DNA from: a virus | Lineage: Duplodnaviria > Caudoviricetes | Virus record (IMG/VR): IMGVR_UViG_3300020358_000021 | Location: 1 to 27,048 of that record | Length of the DNA stretch: 27,048 bases | Reading direction: 5' to 3' (one strand) | Shown: in pieces, positions 14,255 through 24,113 of the stretch | Numbering within the stretch: position 1 is the stretch's first letter | Layout: each line of letters starts with the position of its first letter | Made by a program: the position numbers and the translations under genes | Notes under the pieces: model-generated | Database searches by the model: none | Seen by the model: only the letters and a program-made list of their open reading frames with translations | Told to the model about the DNA's origin: nothing

Positions 14255-16996
14255 TTATGTTGTTAAATCAAATACTAATTCTATTGTAATATTTTGTCCT
14301 CCGTCAGGGTCTTCTGTTGGGTCAACCATTATAGCCATTGTGTCTCCTTTGCTGTATGCACTACTTACTGAAGTGAAGTCAAATTCAACTGCAGCACTTG
14401 CACCTACGGTAGCACTAACGTTACCTAAAACTGTAGTTACGGTAGCTCCACTAGCCCCTTTGTATAATTTTAAGTTAGTACTACCCATGTTAGTTTCACT
14501 CCTAAGAATCATTTTCTTTACATAACCATCATAAGGAAAAGTAAAGTTTACATATTCAGGTGTTGAAGTTGCTACATTTTGCTCATTTAAACTACCAGTT
14601 AAAGGTATGTATCTTGAGTAAGGATAAGCTAAGTAAAAACCAGCATGTATAAAGTGATGGTGTACATTTTTAAGTTGCACACCAACGCCTTCAACGCTAA
14701 CTTGACCTGCTGCTGACCTAGCTAATGTAGTGTCAGTTGCGTGCCCTAACTCTATGTTTCCTGTAGTAGTTAAGTTTCCTGTAATTTCTACAGTATCTCC
14801 TATTTGTATATTACCTACTGTATTTGTTATAACAAGGTTACTACCATTTGCTTGTATAGAAGAGTCTACAGCACCAGGTTGATTTGCTGTACCAAATCCT
14901 AACTTTGTGCTGTCAGTAAATTTAAATAAATTAGCTGACGAAACCCATCCAGCACTTGCGTTATTAACGTTTGCACCGTATAAATTTAAATCGTGTCCAG
15001 CTTGATTAGAACCTATGTCTAAATCTCCATCTATAGTTTTGTTTCCTGCTGTAAGAGCTGTAGCAGTAGCTGCGTTACCTGTACAAGAACCTGAAGAACC
15101 TGTAACATTTGTTTGGTCAGCTGTTGCACCACTTTCAATTCCGTCTAACTTAGTTCCATCTGCTGCTACATCCCTACCGTCTACTGTACCTCCTACAGTT
15201 ACATTACCATCTTCTCTTATGCTAAATACACTTCCTGTAGCACTATTTCTAATTTCAAAATACTGATTACTTTCGTCATTATCATTATCCAATGTAACAC
15301 TAACATTACCGTCTGTAACAATAGAAACATCTCCATCAGTAGGGCCTGCTATACCTGTAGCAGTAATTCCTAACGCATTAATTTCAGCTTGTGTTTGGTC
15401 AGCAGTAGCACTGTCTTCAATACCATCTAATTTATCGTGGTGTGCAACTGTCATTACACCTGCAATAGAGCCAGAGGCTTCTGCTATTACAGCATTAGTT
15501 CCATCTGAAGAAACTATTGTGATTCGGTCTGAACCAGTAGTGTATGTTAAGTTAGTAGAAACGTTTGTAACCTTTGCTGTGTTAGCATCTATTTCATCAA
15601 ATAAGCTTGGAGTCAATAACCCTGATACACTAGTAGTTGCAACAGGTATAGTTGCATTAGTTCCATCAGATGATGTAATAACTCTAGCACCTGTATCACC
15701 TGTTATTCCAAGGTTAGTGCTAACATTAGTGTTCTTAGATACGTTTGCAGTGTGCTCATCAAACATAGCTTTAGACATAACACCACCTATACTTGTAGTA
15801 GCAACAGGAATCGTTGCGTTAGTACCGTCAGAACTAGTCACTATCACTGTCGTAGAGCTTGTAGTCACACCTAAATTTGTGCTTACATTTGTTGCTTTAG
15901 ATGTGTTTGCTGATATAGCTGATGCTTGCCCAGTAGTTATTGTAGTTGTATTTCCTGCTAACGCAGTTGAACTGCTAGTCCCTAATTGTAACAAGGCAGT
16001 ATTACCTGCTAAAGCTGTTGAAGAAGATGTACCTAGCCCAGGGAACGATACCTTACTGTTGTTTGTAGCTACATTAGACTCTATAGTATCTAAATTAACG
16101 CTTTGTGTAACAGTTATATATGCTAACTTAGCAACTCTATCTTGTGTAATCGTTAAGGCTGATTGTATGTCTTGACCATCTACTAGACCATCAAGAGTAA
16201 TATTACCTGTAAGGTTTAAATTACCTGTTAAGTTTAAAGTCCCGTTCTCATCTAATGTGAGTAAATCATTACCTGTTCCGTTTCTAAATCTATATGTAGA
16301 ATTGTTAGCTTGATTGCTCTGGTCGTAATCTAACTGTAAAATTAAATCTTCAGTAGACCTTAATATTAAAGAGTCAGCCGATGGACCATTAATATATCCT
16401 GGACTAGAACCTTGTATATATATAGATGTTACTGTTGTTTGCCCACCTAAAACTATATTGTCAGCAAGCTGACCACCAGTTAATGTTTTGTTAGCTATTT
16501 TACCAGCTGTTATAGTTTGGTCTACAAGCTTGTTTACATCTATAGTGTTGTTTTTAATCTTATCACCTGTTAACGACAAGTCTGTTATAAGCTCTCTAAT
16601 TATAGTACCATCAACAATGTGATTAGCAGAAATAGAGTTGTCTGCTATTTTTTGCCCTGTAATAGCATTGTTAGCTATCTTCTGTGTAGTAATAACACTA
16701 TTAGATAATTTAGCAGTAGTTACTTGCTGTGTGCCTATATCCTCAGTGGCTATAGTACCGTTAGCTATTTGTGCAGATGTAATAGTACCATCAGCTATTT
16801 GTGTAGCAGTAATAGCATCATCATCGACGTTTGCTGTTCCATCTATACCTTTATCTCCTTTTTCACCAGTGGTTATAAAAGTAATTATTGGCGTAACAAC
16901 ATCAGACTGTACGATTTTCTTTACCTCGTCGCTTATTTTTAAAGTAACAATAGTCTCAGGTTTAGATACTAACGATATTTTAACGTTATTAGCCAC
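14255..16996 (-). CDS. Long tail fibre protein
   Basis: 913 aa, Thr/Gly/Asn-rich; 10-aa ITxxKIADxx repeats; KLDGIE..ATADQT twice; three 54-aa repeats; GTG start overlapping the upstream TAG. Confidence 0.85.
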   Translation of the reverse strand: MANNVKISLVSKPETIVTLKISDEVKKIVQSDVVTPIITFITTGEKGDKGIDGTANVDDDAITATQIADGTITSAQIANGTIATEDIGTQQVTTAKLSNSVITTQKIANNAITGQKIADNSISANHIVDGTIIRELITDLSLTGDKIKNNTIDVNKLVDQTITAGKIANKTLTGGQLADNIVLGGQTTVTSIYIQGSSPGYINGPSADSLILRSTEDLILQLDYDQSNQANNSTYRFRNGTGNDLLTLDENGTLNLTGNLNLTGNITLDGLVDGQDIQSALTITQDRVAKLAYITVTQSVNLDTIESNVATNNSKVSFPGLGTSSSTALAGNTALLQLGTSSSTALAGNTTTITTGQASAISANTSKATNVSTNLGVTTSSTTVIVTSSDGTNATIPVATTSIGGVMSKAMFDEHTANVSKNTNVSTNLGITGDTGARVITSSDGTNATIPVATTSVSGLLTPSLFDEIDANTAKVTNVSTNLTYTTGSDRITIVSSDGTNAVIAEASGSIAGVMTVAHHDKLDGIEDSATADQTQAEINALGITATGIAGPTDGDVSIVTDGNVSVTLDNDNDESNQYFEIRNSATGSVFSIREDGNVTVGGTVDGRDVAADGTKLDGIESGATADQTNVTGSSGSCTGNAATATALTAGNKTIDGDLDIGSNQAGHDLNLYGANVNNASAGWVSSANLFKFTDSTKLGFGTANQPGAVDSSIQANGSNLVITNTVGNIQIGDTVEITGNLTTTGNIELGHATDTTLARSAAGQVSVEGVGVQLKNVHHHFIHAGFYLAYPYSRYIPLTGSLNEQNVATSTPEYVNFTFPYDGYVKKMILRSETNMGSTNLKLYKGASGATVTTVLGNVSATVGASAAVEFDFTSVSSAYSKGDTMAIMVDPTEDPDGGQNITIELVFDLTT
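15430..15910 (-). repeat. Three diverged 162-nt (54-aa) tandem repeats within the tail fibre
   Basis: TNVSTNL...SSDGTNA.I..A..S..G units; homologous positions at 15551, 15713 and 15875 are exactly 162 nt apart. Boundaries are approximate. Confidence 0.85.
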
Positions 16997-17418
16997 TAAC
17001 CTACAATTTTGTATTTACCATGCAAAATAGTATGCGTTTCAGTAGATGATGTTATTTTTAATGTATAATTATAACTACCAACTTGTATGTTCATGTTATT
17101 ATACGTCCCCGCATTACCACCGCTTTCTACAACAGTTGTAGCAGGCACATTTATAGTTATAACCCCTAAAGCTGCGCTATCTGTAATAGAACTTGGCTTA
17201 AGTACTTCAGTAGTTGTAGCTAGTGAACCAGATTTTTGAAATTTCTTTACAATCGTGTTGTTAGAGTTTGTTACAATAAACTCCATTGTAGTATATGAAG
17301 TCAAATCAAACCTTGTTCCATCTAAGTTATCAACTTGTGCTGTTAAGAAAAAAGAATCAAGTTTTCTTGATGTTATGTCTACGTTAGTAGATATGTCAGA
17401 AGATATTTTTGTAGCCAT
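16996..17418 (-). CDS. Ig-like fibre adaptor/baseplate-type protein, paralogue 2
   Basis: MATKISSDISTNVDITSRKLDSF...FDLTSY...GSYNYTLKI...ILHGKYKI. Confidence 0.6.
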   Translation of the reverse strand: MATKISSDISTNVDITSRKLDSFFLTAQVDNLDGTRFDLTSYTTMEFIVTNSNNTIVKKFQKSGSLATTTEVLKPSSITDSAALGVITINVPATTVVESGGNAGTYNNMNIQVGSYNYTLKITSSTETHTILHGKYKIVG

Positions 17419-17528
17419 TATATAGTTGTTGTTAATGCAGTTTTAGATTTTGTCTTAACCACTTGAGCTTTAGTCAAAACAATAACTTTTAATGTGTTTT
17501 TTTTTACACTTACCTTTATATTACTCAT
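17418..17528 (-). CDS. Micro-protein, 36 aa, Val/Lys/Thr-rich (not in the ORF track)
   Basis: MSNIKVSVKKNTLKVIVLTKAQVVKTKSKTALTTTI*, with a TAATG overlap to the downstream gene. Confidence 0.6.
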   Translation of the reverse strand: MSNIKVSVKKNTLKVIVLTKAQVVKTKSKTALTTTI

Positions 17529-17543
17529 AAACAAAAATACTAA
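17528..17543 (-). promoter_or_regulatory. Candidate late promoter box TTAGTATTTTTGTTTA
   Basis: Contains TAnnTTTG; 15/16 identical to the box at 25353-25368; both lie at rare intergenic gaps. Confidence 0.5.
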
Positions 17544-18307
17544 ATTTTAATTTGATTCTTACCTAATGACACAGCCGTTACTTCTGTTAGAGATAAACTT
17601 TCAAAAACTGCGTTTCCACTACCAAAAGTAGGTGTTATAAGTTGGAATTTCTCTGAATTGAAAAAAAACATTCTAAAAGCTTCATTTGCAGTTAAACCTA
17701 ATGAAGCTGCATTTAAAGCGTCTTTTCCTTTGATTGAAATGGTAAGGTTAGCAAACAAATAATTTGGATTTAGATTTTTTTCTAAAACACCAAACCCAAT
17801 AACGTCGTTAGTATTGTTTTTATATGCAGCAATCCTAAACACAGGTGTATTTGTAATATATTTTCTATAAACTTCAGTATAAGCTAATAATATGTTTGGT
17901 TCATTACTTACAGCTTCATTAAAAATTTCGTCTAACAATTCATAAAAAAAGTCAGGTAGAAAGCCATTTTCTAAAATTGATTGTCCTGGCTGTATTAATT
18001 GACCTAAAGCATAATCAAAAGCATCTAATAATTCAGGAATATATTCTTTTAAAAGCTGTAATTTAATATCTACATTGAACGTAGCACGACTATTTATTAC
18101 ACAATCTAATAACGCAGACGACAAAAATGTAATAGTCATGTTTACATCATTATTAAATTCAGGTGGCTTAGGTATTTCTAAATCGTCGTTTGAAAAAGTA
18201 GTTTGTAAATTACTATTTTGATTTACTATAGAATCAGAATTTTCTTCCACTTGTAAAGTTCTTGTAACTTTAACAGGATTTTTACCACTTATAGTATACG
18301 TACCCAT
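17540..18307 (-). CDS. Hypothetical protein in the fibre module
   Basis: 255-aa ORF coupled by a TAATG overlap; no family recognised. Confidence 0.7.
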   Translation of the reverse strand: MGTYTISGKNPVKVTRTLQVEENSDSIVNQNSNLQTTFSNDDLEIPKPPEFNNDVNMTITFLSSALLDCVINSRATFNVDIKLQLLKEYIPELLDAFDYALGQLIQPGQSILENGFLPDFFYELLDEIFNEAVSNEPNILLAYTEVYRKYITNTPVFRIAAYKNNTNDVIGFGVLEKNLNPNYLFANLTISIKGKDALNAASLGLTANEAFRMFFFNSEKFQLITPTFGSGNAVFESLSLTEVTAVSLGKNQIKI

Positions 18308-19032
18308 TATATATTTTTTGTTTTTAATTGATAGCCCTGTCCTGGCTTCATAGAGCCTATACCGTCAAAATTATACTGTGGCATTAAAGCACTACCTTCA
18401 AAATCTTTTACAAGCAATATTTTATCTTCAGCCACTAAAGAAGCAAAAAAAACAGAAGCGTCTATTTCATAGGTAAAAGGATAACCTATTATCCACCATT
18501 TATTTGAAGTAAAATTAAAAGTAGCTTCTGTTTCGCCAGAATTTACATTATGAATGGGAGTTCCAAATACTTTAATGAAAACAGTTCTATCAATTTTTAA
18601 TTGGTAACCTTTTTCTTGATTTAAATTCCCAATTCCATTAAAATTATATTCAGGTAGATAAGCAGAACCGTCTTCATCTTTAACTATTTGTATTTTACCA
18701 ACTAAACCTCCATTTGCGTGGTCGTTTATGTATTTGTAATGAATTGGTACTGTATCTTCAGCAAATTCATACACATGATTTTTAAAAAAATCAACAAGGT
18801 TGTAAGTACCATTTGATGCTACTGTATCATTATATGAAGCACTAGCATGACTGTTATGACCATATATTATAGTATTAATAAGTATAGGTAAACCTATAAA
18901 AACCCAACCAGCAGGATACTCAAAAACATACTCACTACCTGTAGGGTTTATTGCATGTACAACATTTCCAAAATTAATTATAGATGAATTATCACCTTCT
19001 AAATCTGTTACTGTAAAACCTTCGTTTGGCAT
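18307..19032 (-). CDS. Protein with an internally duplicated GW/WW..IG.P...VKD..GSA..P.YNF.GIG....GYQLK domain
   Basis: Two copies: KIQIVKDEDGSAYLPEYNFNGIGNLNQEKGYQLK and KILLVKDFEGSALMPQYNFDGIGSMKPGQGYQLK. Confidence 0.75.
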   Translation of the reverse strand: MPNEGFTVTDLEGDNSSIINFGNVVHAINPTGSEYVFEYPAGWVFIGLPILINTIIYGHNSHASASYNDTVASNGTYNLVDFFKNHVYEFAEDTVPIHYKYINDHANGGLVGKIQIVKDEDGSAYLPEYNFNGIGNLNQEKGYQLKIDRTVFIKVFGTPIHNVNSGETEATFNFTSNKWWIIGYPFTYEIDASVFFASLVAEDKILLVKDFEGSALMPQYNFDGIGSMKPGQGYQLKTKNI

Positions 19033-19778
19033 TATCCTATAATTATTTGATGGTCACCACCGATTACAAAACTTTTAATGCTAAAAATGTCGTCTTCTTC
19101 CGTTCTGTCTATTTCAAGTATGTTTGTTTCAGTCACTTTAGCTGTCAAGGTGTTTGTGTGTATATACAAAAGACCGTTATCATCTTCATACTCAACAATT
19201 AAATCTGCTGTATACAAACCTCTTAAGCTTGCATTAGGTATAAATATAGCAAATAATTCAATATAATCGCCTGCAACTGAATAAGGCGGTAAAGTATAAG
19301 AGTTTGGAGCTCTGTAATAATTCTTTAATGGTTGATTATATAAATTGATGTAAGTACCGTAAAATTGATTTGGATTTACAACTGATATACCATTGCCTTG
19401 TATGTATTGTGTAAGGTATGCAGGTGAGCCTGCAGTTAATATACTAACAGATGCAGGGCCTGGGTATCCTTCGTAATTTTCTATGCTTGGAAAATCTTCT
19501 ACAGTTATGTTTGTGCCTGGAATTGTAAACACTATAGGTAAATCACCAACGACAACCCCACTTGTTAGTGTAGGATTGTCGTAGAATTTAAAAGCATATA
19601 AATCATGATAGAAAATATAACCTGTTACAGGTGCAGCAGCATTGCTACCTTGCAAGTATTGGTTATCATTGTTAAGATAAATTTTTTTAATGTGTGCTGT
19701 ACCACCATTATTAATTATCCGTAACCTCTCTCCTATACCCTTATAACCATTCCAATTTTCTATTTGTATAATAGACAT
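19032..19778 (-). CDS. Probable ASH/PapD-like Ig-fold virion accessory protein
   Basis: LRIINNGGTAHIKKIYL ... YTLPP...IELFAIFIPNASLRGLYTADLIVEY...TLTAKV follows the strand order of ASH/choice-of-anchor D domains, with a large insertion. Confidence 0.5.
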   Translation of the reverse strand: MSIIQIENWNGYKGIGERLRIINNGGTAHIKKIYLNNDNQYLQGSNAAAPVTGYIFYHDLYAFKFYDNPTLTSGVVVGDLPIVFTIPGTNITVEDFPSIENYEGYPGPASVSILTAGSPAYLTQYIQGNGISVVNPNQFYGTYINLYNQPLKNYYRAPNSYTLPPYSVAGDYIELFAIFIPNASLRGLYTADLIVEYEDDNGLLYIHTNTLTAKVTETNILEIDRTEEDDIFSIKSFVIGGDHQIIIG

Positions 19779-22700
19779 TACCCAGCTGATAAAACTCCAA
19801 AATCAATTACAGTAGAGCTATTGTTTATATCTCCTTCTAAATCAGTAATTTGCAGTTCAGGAATTGTATTTGTTAGATTAACTTTAACTAAATAAACGTC
19901 TTCATACAAGTGTGCATTATTTGCGTTAGAAGTAGAAAAGTTATAACCATTTATAGAGTTGTTTGTAATACCTAATTGATTTAAACCATAATGGTCAAGT
20001 TTATTAAAAGATAGGTATTTAACTCTAAGTCTATTGTAATATGTAACAACATCTAAATCATTTGTTCCTATTGCAGCTGGACTAGCAGCAAAATAAATAT
20101 GTGGCGCTCCATTTGTTAAATTATCAGAACTACTATAAGTACCATAAAAACTATTTACAACATCAGAATTTAAACCATCATCTTCTTCAGTTGGTGCAAA
20201 AGAAGAATTACTAGAAAACCCAAGAGACATAGTATCTTTACCCCAAGTACCAGCAACATTACTACCTGAAAGACTAGGCGTACCAATCATAGCTACAGAG
20301 TTTGTAACGAAATCAGTATTAATTTGATGCCTGTCTGGATGTACAAGTCTAACAGGTGCTGAACCACTACCTGTTGTCGCATGACTTAAAGTAAAAGCAG
20401 TACTACTACTAACTCCTGTAATTGTTGTACCTGGCTGTATACCTCTAGCATTTGTTGCGTCAGGAATGACAAAACAGCCAATAAAATCTGCAGCTGATGC
20501 AGTCGCATTTGCTCCTGTTGCGTACATAAAATGATGTCTAGCAATAGGATTAGCTACTATAGGTTGGTTTACGCTACTATGTAACATTGTACTTACAGTC
20601 ATTGTAGTATTAGAGCTAAAAGTAGGTGAACCACTTATATCTAAAGGAGATACTGATGGGTATGAAGTTAAGGCGTTAGTACCATCTGTCCTTTTACCTC
20701 TTACAACATCCCATATAGCGTAACTTGGATTTTCATAATCAAAAACAACCCACTTAGAAGTAGCTGTCGGTGCAGCACTTGATAATACCATTGTAGATGC
20801 GCTTGCATTTATTGATACAATTTTTGTGTTTGCAACTGGTATTTGTGCTGCGTGTTGAGGTCTTAAAATTTGACCTACTTTTAAACCAGTCATACCACCA
20901 CCTGCAACTGTTACAGTAGTACTACCATCAGATGTAATTTGTTTTGCAATACTATTTGTTGGTGCTGTTTTTATTGTGTTAGCTGATTGGTCTGAAACAG
21001 GTACTTCATAAAAAGAACCTTGGGTAGCTGAAACATTTCCGCTTGCATCTACGCCAATTAAACCAGAGCCATAACGCATTCTAGGGTCTCCGTAAACTCC
21101 TGTTACAGAGTTACCAACTATATTTTCTAACTCTATATTTATTAACGCTACAGCAGTTGTAGATTTATTTTTAAAATTAAAAGGCAAGAAAGATTCGTAC
21201 AGATTTTTATCTGTATTTAAACCAGCACTATTTCTTAATAAAACAGTAGAAGATTCATAGCCAACTACTGCGTTTTTGTTAGCTGCAAATCTACCAATTT
21301 GCGTAGGGCCAGGTAAAATTCCATAAGATTCAGCTAAAGTTGTACCTGCACCTCTAGCTTTTACACTATTAAAATACTGCTCGTGTTTAAATACGCTCCT
21401 ACCGTTTAAAGGGTATTTTCTAAAATAATAATCATCTGCAGGAGTTGCACTTGCGTATATGTGATTGTAGCTAGTATTGTACTCACCATTACCACTTGTT
21501 GAATTTGCTGTTATTGGTGCAATCGACTGTGTGTGTGCTGAGTGTATGCTTGCAGTTATAGCTTCTCTTGCTGAGCTTGATGCATCATGTGTACCAAATT
21601 TATTTACACCTGAGTATTCAGTTATGTAAAGTTCTGTTGCAGAAGAGTCCCAAGAAGATTTAGTTGAGCCAGCACTACGAGAAAGACTATATTTAAACTC
21701 AGGCATATAATGTGCGTGAAACTTAAATGCCATATTACTAGAAAGAACATTGAAATTTACTATGTCTGCTTGTGCTATATTTAAATTACTATTAGATGTT
21801 TGAACTGCACCTGATAGTTTATCAAACATATTATTAATCGTTAATGTACATAACTCAAATCTTCTACCAATAGAGTCTATACCAGTTGAAGAAGTTTCTG
21901 GTAACGCAAACATGTCAAGTTTTTTTTCTTCTCCATTTGTTATTGCTATAGGGCTAAAAGTAAATGGAAATCTAACTTCTTTATACTTGCTATTTTCCAT
22001 GAATTGATTAGTACCACCTGCTCCGTAGTTAGCCCACGCAACTCCGTCATTATATCCGTTAGAAAAAACTTTAGAAGTTACGGGTATTACTGTTTGACCA
22101 TCTACGCTAGTAGCCTGTGTAGCAGTAAAATAATTAGTATTAGATATTGCAATATCATTATATGGAATTTGAGTTGTGCCAAACTTTACTGATGATGCTG
22201 TTGGGTTTAAAATAGTAAAGTCTTGTCTGTAGGCTTCTGGCGCTCCACTTAAATTATTATATCTAACTAAAGGACCAAGAAAATTTTCTGTTCCACCAAT
22301 GGTAATAAAGGGCATGTCAAAGTAGTCTATTATATGAGCATGTTTGTATATACTTCTTTTACCTGATGTTATACTTGTAGTACCAACGCCATTTGGCGTC
22401 TTTGTCATTGCAGCATCTTTTGGTGTTGCTTCAAAATTAGAAACTATAGTGTTTTCTATGCCTTTAATTTTTTGTCTAAGCAATGTGTTTGTATCTCTGG
22501 TTCTATCAAGTTTTACAAAATTATCTATTATATTTTTAAAACCTTCTAACTCTGGTAAATTAACATTTCCATTAATAAATTTCTGATAGCTAACAGAATC
22601 AGTAGATAACGAACTGTAATTTGCACTTAATAAATGCATAACATCTGTTACGGTGCTTTCTTGTGAAGTACCGTTTACATAAAATGGATTGTAAACTACA

Positions 22701-24112
22701 GCAAAAGAAGCTATATGTGGTCTAAAATTGTTAAAATCACCTGTAATGTCTTCTAGTTGAGGCCTTAATAATTTAAAGTCTTGGTTACTTTGTAATGTTT
22801 TGTAATTATTTAAGTCATCGTTTGATAAATTTTTTGTCATGCTTAAATAAACATTCTCATTCTCAACAAGCTGCATCGAGCCGTCTATAGTACCAGTAGA
22901 TAATTCGTTATCAGTATCTTGATTACCCCCTATACTGTCGTCTTTTCTAAACTGATAAGTAAAACTAGTAGAATCTGCTGTTACAGTTTTATATAAATAG
23001 GATTGGCTGGTGCTTATTAGACCAGGCTGTGTTTTAATAGCTATTGGTTCATCAGTATCAATTAATCTAACACCACCTGTATTGGGCGTAGTATCAGAAA
23101 TTTTTATAGCTTGTTTAGTGGAAGCAGTATCATCAAAAAACTGGCAATCAGGACTCAACCCTATCGGACTGTATTTCCAAAAGAAATTGTTTTTAAGTGC
23201 TATTGTACTATCAAAACTACCAGTTGCAGTAACGTTACTATTTGTATATGCTTGACTTGAACTTAAAACTTGATTGTTTAAAGTAGTACTTATAAAAGTT
23301 TTAATAGGGTTAACTGTAGATATTGTAAAAGTAGTACTATTTATTTTACCTTGTTTATAACCTAAAGCTCCCTTTCTATAAGATACTGCATTTAAATAAA
23401 ACACTATATCATCAAAACCTGTAGCTGAAATGGTCAGTTTATTTGTTTCATTGTTTCCTGTTATAGAGCATTCTTCTACAGGATTACACTTTAAAAGAAA
23501 AGCTGCATACTCAGGGTATACAGTAGAACCCCCTAAATTGTTTGCTGAAATACCATCTTCATCTGAAGTGTTTTGTAAAATAACAGTAGGGCTATAAAAA
23601 GGTATGTATAAAGAACCGCTGCCAAAATCAGTTTCATCTAATCCTCCAGAGGTGGAATTTAACTTTATATAACCTAAAGGAGAGGGAGTGGCTAAAGCTA
23701 CACCTTGTGGGTTTAAAGTATTTAAATAAGTTTGGTATTGTGCAGGAGTTAATACGCTAGTAGTACCTCCAAAATCCCCTGTACTGCTTTCATCAAATAT
23801 TTGGTTGTAATTAGTAATTAATGAAAAACCAGCATTTGTTATTGAATTCTCTAACGCAATATCAGTTACATTTAAATGTGAACTATGTGCTCCAGTATTT
23901 TTAATTACTATTAAAGCATAAGCCCTTTCAGGAGAATCAGCGTTATTCGGAACTTCTTTAAATTTATAAATATCAATAGAACCGTCATTTGTAAATCTAC
24001 TTAGATTGTTTACATCATGAATAGAATAATGAAGATTTTTTGATTTATCAGTTCCACCGTAGTCGTTTGATTCTGCACCATTGTAAAAACTTAAAGGAAA
24101 AATTTTAGCCAT
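19778..24112 (-). CDS. Very large beta-rich structural protein (tail fibre/spike-like)
   Basis: 1444 aa, Ser/Thr/Asn/Gly-rich; ASH-like IKNTG..L.VTDI segment; two fibre-type modules (GLKVGQ...IP.ANTKIVSI...LS and GIQPGTTITGV...TLS). Confidence 0.7.
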   Translation of the reverse strand: MAKIFPLSFYNGAESNDYGGTDKSKNLHYSIHDVNNLSRFTNDGSIDIYKFKEVPNNADSPERAYALIVIKNTGAHSSHLNVTDIALENSITNAGFSLITNYNQIFDESSTGDFGGTTSVLTPAQYQTYLNTLNPQGVALATPSPLGYIKLNSTSGGLDETDFGSGSLYIPFYSPTVILQNTSDEDGISANNLGGSTVYPEYAAFLLKCNPVEECSITGNNETNKLTISATGFDDIVFYLNAVSYRKGALGYKQGKINSTTFTISTVNPIKTFISTTLNNQVLSSSQAYTNSNVTATGSFDSTIALKNNFFWKYSPIGLSPDCQFFDDTASTKQAIKISDTTPNTGGVRLIDTDEPIAIKTQPGLISTSQSYLYKTVTADSTSFTYQFRKDDSIGGNQDTDNELSTGTIDGSMQLVENENVYLSMTKNLSNDDLNNYKTLQSNQDFKLLRPQLEDITGDFNNFRPHIASFAVVYNPFYVNGTSQESTVTDVMHLLSANYSSLSTDSVSYQKFINGNVNLPELEGFKNIIDNFVKLDRTRDTNTLLRQKIKGIENTIVSNFEATPKDAAMTKTPNGVGTTSITSGKRSIYKHAHIIDYFDMPFITIGGTENFLGPLVRYNNLSGAPEAYRQDFTILNPTASSVKFGTTQIPYNDIAISNTNYFTATQATSVDGQTVIPVTSKVFSNGYNDGVAWANYGAGGTNQFMENSKYKEVRFPFTFSPIAITNGEEKKLDMFALPETSSTGIDSIGRRFELCTLTINNMFDKLSGAVQTSNSNLNIAQADIVNFNVLSSNMAFKFHAHYMPEFKYSLSRSAGSTKSSWDSSATELYITEYSGVNKFGTHDASSSAREAITASIHSAHTQSIAPITANSTSGNGEYNTSYNHIYASATPADDYYFRKYPLNGRSVFKHEQYFNSVKARGAGTTLAESYGILPGPTQIGRFAANKNAVVGYESSTVLLRNSAGLNTDKNLYESFLPFNFKNKSTTAVALINIELENIVGNSVTGVYGDPRMRYGSGLIGVDASGNVSATQGSFYEVPVSDQSANTIKTAPTNSIAKQITSDGSTTVTVAGGGMTGLKVGQILRPQHAAQIPVANTKIVSINASASTMVLSSAAPTATSKWVVFDYENPSYAIWDVVRGKRTDGTNALTSYPSVSPLDISGSPTFSSNTTMTVSTMLHSSVNQPIVANPIARHHFMYATGANATASAADFIGCFVIPDATNARGIQPGTTITGVSSSTAFTLSHATTGSGSAPVRLVHPDRHQINTDFVTNSVAMIGTPSLSGSNVAGTWGKDTMSLGFSSNSSFAPTEEDDGLNSDVVNSFYGTYSSSDNLTNGAPHIYFAASPAAIGTNDLDVVTYYNRLRVKYLSFNKLDHYGLNQLGITNNSINGYNFSTSNANNAHLYEDVYLVKVNLTNTIPELQITDLEGDINNSSTVIDFGVLSAG

Positions 24113-24113
24113 T

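Noticed and set aside
14265-14279. Third copy of the late promoter-like box (TTAGTATTTG)
   Set aside because: The spacing does not fit TAnnTTTG, and it lies within coding sequence (ELVFD).
15519-16175. 218-aa + strand ORF, and similar antisense ORFs (e.g. 1663-1956, 7992-8234, 14229-14525, 15015-15266, 16638-17030, 22344-22586, 23010-23255, 25751-25996)
   Set aside because: These are shadow frames opposite well-supported genes; their composition mirrors the codon bias of the sense strand.
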